From NCBI GenBank assembly GCA_018303825.1, contig JAGVXK010000019.1, positions 1 to 59,489 on the forward strand: DNA of 59,489 nt, given 5' to 3'. The translations under genes were made by a program, and so were the position numbers. The notes beneath the pieces were generated by a model. That model saw only the letters and a program-made list of their open reading frames with translations, did no database searches and was not told the origin of the DNA. Origin of the DNA: Candidatus Pacearchaeota archaeon (lineage in GTDB: Archaea > Nanobdellota > Nanobdellia > Pacearchaeales > GW2011-AR1). This document shows, piece after piece, positions 9,170-20,007 of the stretch (position 1 is the stretch's first letter; every line of letters starts with the position of its first letter).

Positions 9170-10450
9170 ATGGGAATAAAATTGCTGAAAAATATTGATT
9201 TTTCTATGAAAAAGAACGAATTTGATATATTAAAAAGTGAAACAAAATTATTTCTAAGTTTATTGAAGAAAAGCATAAAAAAACAGAAAATAAAAGCAGA
9301 TGTGTTTGTTGGAGGAAGCTTTGCGAAAAACACAATGATGGAAGGAAAGGAATATGATATAGATATATTTGTAAGATTTGATAAAAAGTATGCGGATAAG
9401 AGTATATCTTTATTTTTAGAAAGAGTGATAAAAAATTTAAAAATTAAATATCAAAAAGTTCATGGAAGCAGAGATTATATTCAAATACAGAAAAATAGAA
9501 AGATAGCCTTTGAAATTATTCCAGTTATCAAGATAAAAAAAGCAAATGAGGCAAGAAACACCACAGATTTGAGCTACTTTCATGTCAATTATGTAAAGAA
9601 GAGATTAAATGATAAATTAAGAAAGGAAATATCTATTACAAAAAAATTTTTTAAAGCGCAAAAGGTTTATGGGGCAGAATCATATATCTCCGGCTTTTCA
9701 GGTTATGCGATTGAATGCCTTATTATCCATTACAAGACTTTTGAAAACATGATAAGAGCCTTTAGTAAAGCCTCGGGAAGGCCAGGAAAAGATAATGAGA
9801 AAATAATAATAGATCCTGAAAGGCAATATAAAAAACAAGAGATAATGATAGAAATGAATGAAAGCAAGACCCACAGTCCAATTGTTCTTGTTGATCCAAC
9901 CTGGAAAGAAAGAAATGTTTTGGCTGCCTTAAGTCTGGAGACATTTGACAAAACAAAAGAAGCAATTAATTCTTTCCTTAAACATCCAAATATTAGCTAT
10001 TTCGAAGTTAAGGCTATTAACATTAATAATCTTAAGCAACTTGCTAAAAAGAATGATAGTGAATTTCTGCATATTAATATAAAAACAGATAGACAAGAAA
10101 GAGATATAGCTGGAACAAAGTTAAGAAAATTCTCCAAATTCATCATAGGAGAATTAGAAAAATACTTTATTATCACTAAAGATGAGTTTGATTATAAACT
10201 AAAGAGGAATGCTGATTTATATCTTATTCTTAAATCAAGAAAAGAAATAATTAAACAAGGTCCTCCGTTAACTATGAAAGAAAATGTTGCTGCTTTTAAA
10301 AAGGCAAATAATAACACCTTTACAAAAAATGGAAAAATCTATTCAAGAATGAAAATTAATTTCACAGCAAAGGATTTCATAAAGAAATACAAGAAAGATA
10401 ATCAGGAAAAACTCAATGAAATGGATATAATTAATTTAGAAGTTGATTAA
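9170..10450 (+). CDS. cca: Archaeal class I CCA-adding enzyme
   Basis: GGSFAKNT...DIDIF nucleotidyltransferase motif, VYGAE...GFSGY, and DPT...RNV.AALS. Confidence 0.9.
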   Translation: MGIKLLKNIDFSMKKNEFDILKSETKLFLSLLKKSIKKQKIKADVFVGGSFAKNTMMEGKEYDIDIFVRFDKKYADKSISLFLERVIKNLKIKYQKVHGSRDYIQIQKNRKIAFEIIPVIKIKKANEARNTTDLSYFHVNYVKKRLNDKLRKEISITKKFFKAQKVYGAESYISGFSGYAIECLIIHYKTFENMIRAFSKASGRPGKDNEKIIIDPERQYKKQEIMIEMNESKTHSPIVLVDPTWKERNVLAALSLETFDKTKEAINSFLKHPNISYFEVKAININNLKQLAKKNDSEFLHINIKTDRQERDIAGTKLRKFSKFIIGELEKYFIITKDEFDYKLKRNADLYLILKSRKEIIKQGPPLTMKENVAAFKKANNNTFTKNGKIYSRMKINFTAKDFIKKYKKDNQEKLNEMDIINLEVD

Positions 10451-10987
10451 AAATGCTCTCTTAGGTTTCCCGTCTATTGTTCTGGCGCTGTTATATACAC
10501 CTACTTGAACTGGAGACTGATTCTGATTGGTTGAATCTGAATAATTAGCAAGACCTAACTGGAAATGTCCTTTATCACGAGTATGATTAAATAATCCTAT
10601 CTGCGCCCTTCCCTCTTTCTGGCTATTAACAAATAGAGATAGTTGAATTCCCCTAACTGTTGAAGGAATATCATTACTACTGTGGGGCATATTACTCCCT
10701 AAAGATGCTTCTAACCCTAATACCTTGCCATTTTTGCTTTCATTCCCAACAATTCCAATGCATGGGCCGTAAATTGTTCCGCTATTAATATTAAGTAGGG
10801 AAACAACAGGACCATAAAATTCAGAGCCTTTTTCAAATCTTGTTATTGCACTAACAAGAAGGCCATAGCTCTTCCCAACTTTTCTTGTAAAGAATGGAGG
10901 AAAACTTCTTTCATGATTTGAAAATATTCCCGCTATTCCTAAAACTGATAATGCTCCAAGCAAGATATATTTCATTGGCCTGTTCAT
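10436..10987 (-). CDS. Membrane-anchored protein with short QxGxxN repeats (LA_2272-like)
   Basis: Repeats GIQLSLFVN, AQIGLFN, FQLGLAN, VQVGVYN after an N-terminal hydrophobic segment. Confidence 0.5.
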   Translation of the reverse strand: MNRPMKYILLGALSVLGIAGIFSNHERSFPPFFTRKVGKSYGLLVSAITRFEKGSEFYGPVVSLLNINSGTIYGPCIGIVGNESKNGKVLGLEASLGSNMPHSSNDIPSTVRGIQLSLFVNSQKEGRAQIGLFNHTRDKGHFQLGLANYSDSTNQNQSPVQVGVYNSARTIDGKPKRAFLINF

Positions 10988-10989
10988 TT

Positions 10990-11271
10990 TTAATATCCCC
11001 TCCTTCCAGGCTCTTCTCTGTAATATTGAATAGCATAAATTAATCCCCCATCAGAACCAAAAAGGGCAGTATTGGAACGTGAGTAATGCGTTGCTGTTTG
11101 GTGTGGTTTTGCACCGGCTATTTTATCTTGGAATCTCAGACCGTCTACATCTCCTTCATGTTCAAAAAGAGTCAAGCATATAGGATCTGATAATTGCTCC
11201 GCATTTACTTTTCTAGATGTTCCGACTTCATTCTTTCTTTCATCAACACAGATTAGTCTTTTTAATATCAT
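10990..11271 (-). CDS. Hypothetical protein
   Basis: 93-aa ORF closely spaced with its co-oriented neighbours. No recognised motif. Confidence 0.5.
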   Translation of the reverse strand: MILKRLICVDERKNEVGTSRKVNAEQLSDPICLTLFEHEGDVDGLRFQDKIAGAKPHQTATHYSRSNTALFGSDGGLIYAIQYYREEPGRRGY

Positions 11272-11273
11272 TT

Positions 11274-11519
11274 TTAATTATCCTCTCTTTTACTGGCAGT
11301 TAATTCCTGCCCAGTTATTGATTTTACTATGAACCTTTCAAGTCTTGTAGGTTGTGACCTTCCTGTAGCAATATCTGCACTTGGATGTCCTGTTTTTGTA
11401 AAAACATTGTGGGCACAGCCTCCAACAAAATATATTGTTCCCATTGTTACAACAGCTATCTGTGTTAAATCTCGCGCATTCTCATAAAGAGTTTTAAGAG
11501 TTTTTTGCATATAGTTCAT
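11274..11519 (-). CDS. Hypothetical single-TM protein
   Basis: Probable start MNYMQ at 11519, which avoids overlap with trmB. One hydrophobic helix. Confidence 0.45.
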   Translation of the reverse strand: MNYMQKTLKTLYENARDLTQIAVVTMGTIYFVGGCAHNVFTKTGHPSADIATGRSQPTRLERFIVKSITGQELTASKREDN

Positions 11520-11521
11520 TT

Positions 11522-12313
11522 TTAATTTCCTCCGTTGCCGTTCTTTAAAGAGCCTTCCAGCATTCTTGCTAAATAATCTGTGAAGTAAGGGCTTGATAGC
11601 CATATACCTATTTCATCCTCGCTATTCTGCGGGGTTACCATTAATAATGCTTCTGTCTTGTCAGAAATGAAGACTCTTGCATTTGATTCAGTATGCTTAG
11701 CTTTTATACTCAATTTTGCATTCAATTTGTTTATCTTATCTGTTTCTCCAGAAAGAGCCAATCTTATTTTTATATTGCCTTTTGAGAGTTTTTCCAAAGC
11801 TGGAACAAGTATTCTGGATTTATCCTCGAAATCAAGGGCAGAGGTGCATATCAATACTTCTTTCTTTGAATTTTCGAGCAATTCACGGATTTTGGCCATG
11901 ACATTTGCCCTTCCCTTCAATGAGCCGATTATTTCGTGTGATTTAATCGGAGAGATGCCAGTAGTATGCAGTTGCTCCAGTTCTATATATTCGGGGGTTG
12001 TCTTTAAATTGACCAATGATTTGACTCTTTCCTGAACATCATGAAGCAAGTTTGATTTCATCTTCTCAATAACTTCTGTCGGCTTAACAGCAAGATATTT
12101 TACAGGCTTTCCTATCTTTGCTATCGCAAATCCTCTCTTTTCAAGAGATTCTAAAACATCATATGTTCTTGATCTTGGAACCCCAGAAAGCTCAGCTACC
12201 TCCCCTGCAGATGCTAATCCTTTGGAAAGCAATGCCAGCCATACCTTAGTTTCATAAATATTTAAATCAAAATACTCTTTGATTCTTTTCACTAGTTCCT
12301 GTTTAATTATCAT
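11522..12313 (-). CDS. trmB: TrmB-family transcriptional regulator
   Basis: LNIYETKVWLALL...AGEVAELSGVPRSRTYDVLESLEKRGF wHTH plus C-terminal effector domain. Confidence 0.9.
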   Translation of the reverse strand: MIIKQELVKRIKEYFDLNIYETKVWLALLSKGLASAGEVAELSGVPRSRTYDVLESLEKRGFAIAKIGKPVKYLAVKPTEVIEKMKSNLLHDVQERVKSLVNLKTTPEYIELEQLHTTGISPIKSHEIIGSLKGRANVMAKIRELLENSKKEVLICTSALDFEDKSRILVPALEKLSKGNIKIRLALSGETDKINKLNAKLSIKAKHTESNARVFISDKTEALLMVTPQNSEDEIGIWLSSPYFTDYLARMLEGSLKNGNGGN

Positions 12314-12412
12314 GCAGTAGGCACAAACAAGGGATTTATAAACCTTTCTATTGTTCCCATTAAAGAGTTACAACAAGAGAAGGTTTATAAATGGGCAACT
12401 GCGAGATGGAAT

Positions 12413-12868
12413 ATGGTTGGATTTGATAAAAAAATAGATAGACAGAACAACGCTGTCGATGAGGAAAAGGATTTCAGGGGGATAAAATTGACAGAACCTC
12501 AAAGCCCATATTCTTATTATATTGGAAAATATGTCTCACTTGAATCTGAATCAGCAGCACATGGCGGCAAGTACATTGGAATGGCTGACGGGCACTACAT
12601 CCTTTGCCCTTATATGTTGAGAAGTTTTAAATATTCTTCCAGTGATAGCCTTCCATTTTTATCTTGGGTTGATGAGCCTGCAATTCTTGAATTGAAATCA
12701 TATAGAATAGTTCCTATGAAAAAGGAAGAATTGGATGAAATAGTAAGGGCAGTCAACTCCCAAACAAAAGCAAAGTTATTGGCAAATAGGCTTAAAGAAA
12801 GCTCAGTTATAGCAGCCCCCGATTTTGATCAAATTGTGGGGTTTGGATTCAAGACAAGATTACATTAA
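12413..12868 (+). CDS. Hypothetical protein
   Basis: 151-aa ORF preceded by TATA-like TTTATAAA. No recognised family. Confidence 0.55.
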   Translation: MVGFDKKIDRQNNAVDEEKDFRGIKLTEPQSPYSYYIGKYVSLESESAAHGGKYIGMADGHYILCPYMLRSFKYSSSDSLPFLSWVDEPAILELKSYRIVPMKKEELDEIVRAVNSQTKAKLLANRLKESSVIAAPDFDQIVGFGFKTRLH

Positions 12869-13807
12869 ATAATTGATTAAATAAACTAATCCTAGAGCGA
12901 TTAGGCATCCTCCGGTTATGAAAGGCATAGCAGGATAAAATTTGCCTTTTTCTGAATAATAAAACAAGAAAGACAAGGCAATTGTTGCACCTAGAGCGAT
13001 AATGATTGCTGAGAAGAAGCCAAATGTCATCAAAACCACTCCAGCAAGAATCAATGGAAATACAACATCCCCGCCGCCAAGAATTGCCAAGCTGACTTTT
13101 ATCTTTTTACCTTTTCCCTTGGATTTTGATTTCTTCAGTTTTTCAAGCAAAGCTTTGTCTTCTTTTCTTATATATGGAACAAAAAGCCCTGCAAAAACCT
13201 TGACTTTTTCTATCTGGTATTTTGCCATCTTCTGCATAAAACCTGCCTGCCAGACTGCATAAATATCATAAACTGATATCAAAACAAGAAGAATGACAGT
13301 CATTGGGAGATTCAAAAGAGGAACTATTATTGCGGCAATTCCCGGATAGACCATTAATTCTGTAAGATTATGAATAATCATATTTCTCCGAAAGACTTTG
13401 TATATTGCAAGGATTAGAGGGATTCCAACAATTATCAGATATCTGGCAGATAATGAAATCTGGGAATGCACTATAATAGAATTAATTGTCACTCCGAGTG
13501 CAAAAACTATTACAAGAAAGAACCAGAATCTTATAAATAATTCTGCTCTTACTTTCATTAAAGTGAGAATTATTATGACTCCAAGAGCTATTGCAATCAC
13601 TATTGACCATAAATTAGACTCTGGGCTGGTATCCTGCGGAGGATTCATCCCAAAAGGAAAATTATAAGTCTTGTTTTCTATGGTCTTTCCATCAACATTT
13701 ATCTGTTTTACATCTGGTTTATATTGGTTGATAACTGCTATACCCACTAATTGGGCAATAAGAAACATTGCGATAAGAATTAATGTAATTTTTAATGTGT
13801 GCTTCAT
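12860..13807 (-). CDS. Presenilin/SPP-like intramembrane aspartyl protease
   Basis: Multi-TM protein with catalytic YD, GGGD (GxGD) and PAMPF (PAL-like) motifs. Confidence 0.9.
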   Translation of the reverse strand: MKHTLKITLILIAMFLIAQLVGIAVINQYKPDVKQINVDGKTIENKTYNFPFGMNPPQDTSPESNLWSIVIAIALGVIIILTLMKVRAELFIRFWFFLVIVFALGVTINSIIVHSQISLSARYLIIVGIPLILAIYKVFRRNMIIHNLTELMVYPGIAAIIVPLLNLPMTVILLVLISVYDIYAVWQAGFMQKMAKYQIEKVKVFAGLFVPYIRKEDKALLEKLKKSKSKGKGKKIKVSLAILGGGDVVFPLILAGVVLMTFGFFSAIIIALGATIALSFLFYYSEKGKFYPAMPFITGGCLIALGLVYLINYLM

Positions 13808-13890
13808 CCTGTTATTCCCTGCATTTATTGATTATTAAAGTTAATGTTGATTTAGTTGAGATGCCATCATTGTCATATATTAATTTAAAG

Positions 13891-15771
13891 TCATTTTAAC
13901 CTCAGAGTTTCTAAATTTTTAGGAACATTAGTTTCAACCTTATCATTTTTGTACAATGTGGAAGCCAAATCTAAGCATCTGGAAACTTCTCCATGATGGA
14001 TTACTATTTTTTTGGGTTTTGGAATCATCCTTGAAACAAATTGCAGAAGTTCATTTCTTCCGGAATGGGCTGATAAGCCGTATAATGTCTCGACTTCCAT
14101 CTTGACTTCTATCTTGTCTCCGTCAACATAAAATTCCTTCCCGCCTTCTTGCACCTGCCTTCCTAAAGAACCTGCTCCCTGATAACAGGAAAAGACTATG
14201 ACATTTTTAGGATTGCTTGCAAAATTTTTGAAATATTCCACAGAAGCTCCCCCGACAAGCATCCCGGAAGTTGCAATAATCAGGCAAGGACCGCCTTCTA
14301 TTACTTCTTTTCTTTCAGCTGGCGAACCAACACGCTTGAATATCTCTGATGTAAATGGATTGTTATCCTGAAAAATTTGGTTTCTTACAGACATACTCAA
14401 AAAATCAGGATAAGCTGTATGAATAGCATTGATATCACAAATCATTCCGTCAATATAAACAGGTATTTTGGGTAGCTCACCTGTGCGGATTGCTTCTTCA
14501 ACCCTAAGCATTGTTTCCTGTGCATGACCAAGACCAAGCTCGGGAAATAATATCTTGCCGCCTCTTTCTATGGTTGCCTTAACTAATTCTATAAATTTTT
14601 GCTCTGTTTCTTTTCTTGGAGGAAGAACATTATCTTTTCCGCCATATGTAGATTCTAAAGTCAGGGTTTCTATTCTTGGATATTTATTTATTGCTGGATC
14701 CAACAGGCGGGTTTTTGCATATTTTGTATCTGCACTATAAACCAGGTTGTGCAGGCCATTTCCTATGTTTATATGCACCTGAGCACTTCCTAGAACATGC
14801 CCGGCATTATAGAAAGTTATTCTTATATCGGGAGTTACATCGGTGACTTCCCCATAATCCAGAGCTATTGAATGCCTTACCATTTCCTTTATGTCTTCTG
14901 CCCTGTACAATGGAAACTCTGCTTTCTTGTAGGCAACCCCAATTAAATCCAGTTGAGACAATGCCGCGATATCTCTTGTTGGGGCAGTCATATAAACTGG
15001 TCCTTTATAACCCATTTTATACAGGTACGGAATCAAGCCAACGTGGTCAAGATGAGCATGCGAGGCAATTATGGCATCGATAGAATTTATGTCTCCTATT
15101 TCTGAAACATTGAGGTATGGAAATCTTTCAGGACCTTCTGCAATAGCCGGATTTATTCCGCAATCCAATAAAATTTTTGAGTTTGGAGTATGTAGCAAAA
15201 TACAAGATCTTCCCACCTGTCTTCCTGAACCAAGATAAGTAAGCCTTACCCACATGTCCATTTTTTCAGGATTCCATTCCTTGTATATTTTTTCTCCAAT
15301 CTCGTTCAGAAACTTCCTTCTATAATTGTTATTTGCATACAAGACTGAACGGATTTTTTCTGTAATTTTGCTTGGAATCGCCGGACTTCTTTGTACAGAA
15401 AGAGACCACATTGTTGATTTTTTTATATCATTTAAAATAGAACCTTGCTTGCCTATTACTAAGCCTGGTTTCTTTGCTTCGACTACCACTGAACTCCTTT
15501 GCACATCAAATATTACGTTTGTAATAGCCGCTTCTTCTGGGACAAGAGCATGGATTGTTTTCGTTGTCTCAGCCTCCGAAGCGAGAATAGATTTGTCCGC
15601 CCTTAATTCTACTCTTTTCTTTATTCTATCTACAACTGCCTTTATTTTGTTTTCTCCTGTTTTAAAAAATTCCTTGTCATCTGTATAAAGAACTATGTTC
15701 GCCCCTTCAAATTCGGCATCAGTTATAACCTTTGGCAATTCTTCTTTTATACTTTTTAAGATATCTGACAT
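13891..15771 (-). CDS. fttA: Beta-CASP ribonuclease aCPSF1 (FttA)
   Basis: N-terminal KH domains, HAHLDH metallo-beta-lactamase motif, AGHVLGS and LSAHSG. Confidence 0.95.
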   Translation of the reverse strand: MSDILKSIKEELPKVITDAEFEGANIVLYTDDKEFFKTGENKIKAVVDRIKKRVELRADKSILASEAETTKTIHALVPEEAAITNVIFDVQRSSVVVEAKKPGLVIGKQGSILNDIKKSTMWSLSVQRSPAIPSKITEKIRSVLYANNNYRRKFLNEIGEKIYKEWNPEKMDMWVRLTYLGSGRQVGRSCILLHTPNSKILLDCGINPAIAEGPERFPYLNVSEIGDINSIDAIIASHAHLDHVGLIPYLYKMGYKGPVYMTAPTRDIAALSQLDLIGVAYKKAEFPLYRAEDIKEMVRHSIALDYGEVTDVTPDIRITFYNAGHVLGSAQVHINIGNGLHNLVYSADTKYAKTRLLDPAINKYPRIETLTLESTYGGKDNVLPPRKETEQKFIELVKATIERGGKILFPELGLGHAQETMLRVEEAIRTGELPKIPVYIDGMICDINAIHTAYPDFLSMSVRNQIFQDNNPFTSEIFKRVGSPAERKEVIEGGPCLIIATSGMLVGGASVEYFKNFASNPKNVIVFSCYQGAGSLGRQVQEGGKEFYVDGDKIEVKMEVETLYGLSAHSGRNELLQFVSRMIPKPKKIVIHHGEVSRCLDLASTLYKNDKVETNVPKNLETLRLK

Positions 15772-15877
15772 TTTATTTTATAGGTCATAAAGACCAAATT
15801 AACATAACTTTAATTTTTTAACACAGACACTATAATTTGCTTCTTACTTCTTCCGTAGGATTAATAAATATGAATTA

Positions 15878-16531
15878 TTATTTATATTGCGGAACTATCT
15901 CTTCTGAGACAACATGTTTTATTCCATCTTTTGTTACTGAAAATACATCAATCCCGTTGCCTGAGCCTACATCTCTTTGTGTTGAAGCCTTAATGCACTC
16001 TTTAGCAAGTTCAATCCCTTCTTTCACAAAAAGGTCTTTACGATACTGCCTTTCCAATAAACCTAAAATATAAGGCATTCCGGAGGAAAAATTTGCATCA
16101 TAATCTTTTACCTGATATACCCCTCCAGCCGGTTCGATGGTGTATAGTGCAGTTGTCCCATCCTCATTAGTTCCTGCAACGAGCATTCCTACTATGCTCA
16201 TAATCATACTCGGAGTTCTTATGTTTCTGTAGGCCATCATTCCTATAAGATTTGCAGCTTCCTGAACTGTCGGCCTGACTTTTGTTTTTAACTCTTTTAG
16301 TTTTAACTCGGCAGAAACAACCCTTTTATTCAGTTCAATGTCTGAAGCAATGCCCGTTCCAGCAACGATGATATAGTCATTGACCTTAACCACTTTTTGC
16401 TCATTTTTGGACATAACAATGGTGCCTGCTGTAGCCCTTCTATCTCCCCCAACAACCACCCCATCCTTACAAACTATCCCCACTATACTCGTGTTCGATT
16501 TTAATACATTTTTTGAAATTTCCTCATTCAT
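15878..16531 (-). CDS. psmB: Proteasome beta subunit
   Basis: GIVCKDGVVVGGDRRAT, SSGMPY and STQRDVGSGNG. Next to aCPSF1 as in many archaea. Confidence 0.92.
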   Translation of the reverse strand: MNEEISKNVLKSNTSIVGIVCKDGVVVGGDRRATAGTIVMSKNEQKVVKVNDYIIVAGTGIASDIELNKRVVSAELKLKELKTKVRPTVQEAANLIGMMAYRNIRTPSMIMSIVGMLVAGTNEDGTTALYTIEPAGGVYQVKDYDANFSSGMPYILGLLERQYRKDLFVKEGIELAKECIKASTQRDVGSGNGIDVFSVTKDGIKHVVSEEIVPQYK

Positions 16532-16585
16532 AGTATTTAAAGAAACTCTCTATCAGGAATAATGAATATTTAAGGTATTTAAGTT

Positions 16586-18652
16586 TTATGGTATTATTTT
16601 CTTTTCAACATCTACGCTGGAAATACCGGCTTCTTTCTTGACCCTCATAATGTTACCGACAAAACTTTCAATCTTCTGCTCATGGCTTACTATAATCAAT
16701 TGAGAAACATCTAATTCGTCAAGAACGTCTCTTATCTTATCTATCTGCAATTCGGAAAAGCCTTCTGTTGGCTCATCAAGAATTACTATGTCTCTGGTTT
16801 TTATCTGGCTCAAAATAGAATTTATCGTTTGGTTCAAAGCAAGCCTGTATGCGAGGGCAACGGCAGTTCTTTCTCCTCCAGAAAGAAATGAATAATCCAT
16901 TTCTATTCCAGATTGGATTATCAATGGAGTGAAATTCTCATCTAACTGCGCTTCAAAAGACTCTGGGACAAGCATGTTAAACCATTTGTTGAACAAAGAG
17001 GAAAATTCAGTTCTTAGTTTTATCATTATATTCCTCTCAATAAAGTCAATCAAATTCAGATAATGATTAGACAACCAATCAATTAGCTCCAATAGATTAT
17101 TAAGTTTTTTCTTGGAAATTTCTTTTTTGCTTATTATCTCTTCAGATTGGGCAATCTCCCGCCTCTTAAATTCTGATTCTTTTTTTAATTCTGCAAGGGA
17201 AATCTCTGAATTTTTTTCTTCATAAAGAGATTTTTTCAATTCTTCCTGCTTAATCCTGAACAAATTATCGAATCTCGTAAATTTAAGAATCGCTTCTTTC
17301 AAACTTTCAACATGGGAAGTAAGAAAAAGAATGTCATTTTCCAAACTAGATCTTACTTTCATTAATTCCTCCAATCTTTTCTTTGACTTTTCTATATAAG
17401 AAATTCTCGACTTTAAAATGTCCAATTCCAGCTTGTCTTCCTCCCGCTTAAGCCTTTCCTCCTTGTTCTTTTCCAAAAGAAGCTCTATATCTTTTCTTTT
17501 ATTATATGCTATTTCTAATTTATTTTTTATTTCAGATAATTTACTCTCAGTAGAAAGCAGGATATTGTGCTTATGGGGCACAGAAACATCCTGCAGGCAT
17601 GTTGGGCAAAACTTCATTCCAAAAACCCTGTCTTTTTTTTCGAGATTTTCTCTTTTTTCTTTTTCAAGAGAATTTATCTCCGATAAAAAGTCTATAAATT
17701 TTTTATTCAGCATTTCTGCTTCTTTCGCTATATTATTTAGATTGGATAAAACCACTTGGTAATCCTCTTCTTTAAATTCTTTTTTAATCTCAGAAATATT
17801 CGATTGGGTATCTTTTATTTCGTTGTTTGTCAAAACAAGAGATTCTTTTTTTGTGACAATCATGATTTTTGTTTTTTCGACTTCTTTTTCAAAACTGGTT
17901 TTTTCCTTTATCTTTGATTCCGATTCTTTCACTTCCAACTCTATTTTTTTTCTGAATTCTATTTTTTCAGAAACTCTTGCCTGCTTTTCTTGAATTTCCT
18001 TTATAATTTGCGCTAAAGATTTTTTTCTTATTTCCAATTCCTGTTTGTCTATTTCCAGGTCAGAAAGAGAAAGATTTAGCATTCTCGACTCCTCCTTTAA
18101 TTTATTAAGCAAAATATTCAAATTTTCCCTCATCCTCTTATACTTATCTATTCCAAAAATATGCCTTAAAATATTCAACCTTGTCTCTGAATCTTCCAGA
18201 ATAATCTGCTTCATCTGCTCCTGGGGAGTATAAAGGGTATATCTGTAAAGAAGATTGTTCTTTTTTATGAACTCCTGAGGATAATTAAGAAGTTTCAAAA
18301 TTTTTGTTTTAATTTCTGTTGTAGAAGATTCTGTTTTTTCTCCATCTATTGTTATGGAAGAATAATCACTTGAAATTCCTTTATTTGTTCTCTTCAATGC
18401 TCTTTCCATAATCACATTTTTGCCATCTACTTCTATTTCTATGGACACTTCCCCAAAATCACAATTATTTCTTAAGAGAGCGGAGCCTTTTTGTCCAGGC
18501 TGAAGTCCAAAAAGAGCATATTCAATCGCTAGCAAGATAGAGGTTTTTCCTGTCCCTATATCTCCTGCCAAAAGCAAAGAACCTTCTGGAAATTCTAATT
18601 CTTGATTCTCAAAAGATCTTATATTCCTAATAAAAATTCTTTTTAATTTCAT
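16586..18652 (-). CDS. rad50: Rad50/SbcC ATPase
   Basis: Walker A GDIGTGKT, coiled coils with CPTC zinc hook, LSGGE signature and ILDEPT Walker B. Confidence 0.9.
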   Translation of the reverse strand: MKLKRIFIRNIRSFENQELEFPEGSLLLAGDIGTGKTSILLAIEYALFGLQPGQKGSALLRNNCDFGEVSIEIEVDGKNVIMERALKRTNKGISSDYSSITIDGEKTESSTTEIKTKILKLLNYPQEFIKKNNLLYRYTLYTPQEQMKQIILEDSETRLNILRHIFGIDKYKRMRENLNILLNKLKEESRMLNLSLSDLEIDKQELEIRKKSLAQIIKEIQEKQARVSEKIEFRKKIELEVKESESKIKEKTSFEKEVEKTKIMIVTKKESLVLTNNEIKDTQSNISEIKKEFKEEDYQVVLSNLNNIAKEAEMLNKKFIDFLSEINSLEKEKRENLEKKDRVFGMKFCPTCLQDVSVPHKHNILLSTESKLSEIKNKLEIAYNKRKDIELLLEKNKEERLKREEDKLELDILKSRISYIEKSKKRLEELMKVRSSLENDILFLTSHVESLKEAILKFTRFDNLFRIKQEELKKSLYEEKNSEISLAELKKESEFKRREIAQSEEIISKKEISKKKLNNLLELIDWLSNHYLNLIDFIERNIMIKLRTEFSSLFNKWFNMLVPESFEAQLDENFTPLIIQSGIEMDYSFLSGGERTAVALAYRLALNQTINSILSQIKTRDIVILDEPTEGFSELQIDKIRDVLDELDVSQLIIVSHEQKIESFVGNIMRVKKEAGISSVDVEKKIIP

Positions 18653-19797
18653 ATTTTCAATATCCTATTTATTTCTGACATTAATCTTTCTTCGAAAACA
18701 ATGGATTTCTCGTCCTCCAGCTTTTCAACCTGAAGGGCTGTTGAAAGCTCATTAATCAAAGTATTAAATTTGTTAGGATTTTTCTGCTCGAAATTTCTTA
18801 TTATCTGGCTTTCCAGATTTACAGAGTCTATAAAGTCTATTTTTACTTCCGGTTCAGGTAGGTGCAGACGGGAAATGCTCTTCAAAAAAACATAAGCATT
18901 CTTTCTCCTTAAGTATTCCTCGATTTTCTGAAAATTTATGTCTGAAGACCTTCCCTGCTCCAAAATTCCTGAAAGTTTTAAAAGAACTATTTTATCGCTT
19001 ACATTTTTATTTTCCAAAGACAATAGAATATCATCAGTAACACTCAATGCATTCTTAGTTTTCATATCAAGAACAAGAACTTCTTTCAGCTTTATCTCCT
19101 GCCGGAAAACCTTTCCATTATCATAAATATAAAACATCCCATTTCTCAACTCTTCAAGCTCTGAGATATTATTCGGGAATATTGGCCCTGAATAAACCCT
19201 ATTTTCCTTGCTGTAAATTATGTGCAGATGAGAAAGAGCAAGATAATTCACAAAGGGAAGTTTTCTTTCGTCAACAGATTTGACAGGCAAACCTCCAAGA
19301 GCGCCTCTAATAGCAGTATGCAACATAAGAATTTTGAACAACCCTGGAGAATCCTGCAATTTTATTCTTTCTATGTCATCTACTTCGAGCCCCGACTTCT
19401 TTCCAGAATAGCCGTAAATTGCTACATTTTTATAAACTATCGGAGAGAGAAATATCTTCCCGTCTCTTTCTTCATATTTTGAGGCATTTGTGGAAAAACC
19501 TGCCTTTTCTAGAACGTCAAGAAATGTCTTTCCCGAGACAGAATAATCATGGCTTCCTGCAATTAAGAAAACAGGTATATTTGCCTCCTTTAACTTCCTA
19601 AATTCTTGAAATGTTTCCTTAAGAGTCTCTATTGGAGGATAAGCAGAATCAAATAAATCCCCAGATATAAGGATAAAATCTACCTTCTCATATATGCATT
19701 TGCCTACCGCATACTGAAAACTTTTGAAGTTAAGCTCCTTCAGCTCTGGCTGCCTCCAACCACCTAAATGACAGTCCCCTAAATGAGCAAATTTCAT
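18649..19797 (-). CDS. mre11: Mre11/SbcD nuclease
   Basis: DCHLG, GDLFD, GSHD and SHLH phosphoesterase motifs. Probable start MKFAHL at 19797. Coupled to rad50. Confidence 0.9.
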   Translation of the reverse strand: MKFAHLGDCHLGGWRQPELKELNFKSFQYAVGKCIYEKVDFILISGDLFDSAYPPIETLKETFQEFRKLKEANIPVFLIAGSHDYSVSGKTFLDVLEKAGFSTNASKYEERDGKIFLSPIVYKNVAIYGYSGKKSGLEVDDIERIKLQDSPGLFKILMLHTAIRGALGGLPVKSVDERKLPFVNYLALSHLHIIYSKENRVYSGPIFPNNISELEELRNGMFYIYDNGKVFRQEIKLKEVLVLDMKTKNALSVTDDILLSLENKNVSDKIVLLKLSGILEQGRSSDINFQKIEEYLRRKNAYVFLKSISRLHLPEPEVKIDFIDSVNLESQIIRNFEQKNPNKFNTLINELSTALQVEKLEDEKSIVFEERLMSEINRILKI

Positions 19798-20007
19798 GGA
19801 AAAAAGACAGGATGAAGTTATAAATAGATTGTTATAATGCAAAATATTTCTCTTTTGTTCAATAAATATCGAATTGCGGACAATTACTGAAGATATGTCC
19901 TATGGCTTATATGTAAAAAGATAAAACATACTGGCAGAATTTAGTACTATGTAACATATTCGACGAGATGTTCTTTTAGGCTATAAGCTCTAGAAGCCTA
20001 CATCTTG

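Noticed and set aside
16586-19797. rad50-mre11 without adjacent herA/nurA
   Set aside because: The four-gene operon is not universal and the partners may lie elsewhere, so the absence is uninformative from one window.
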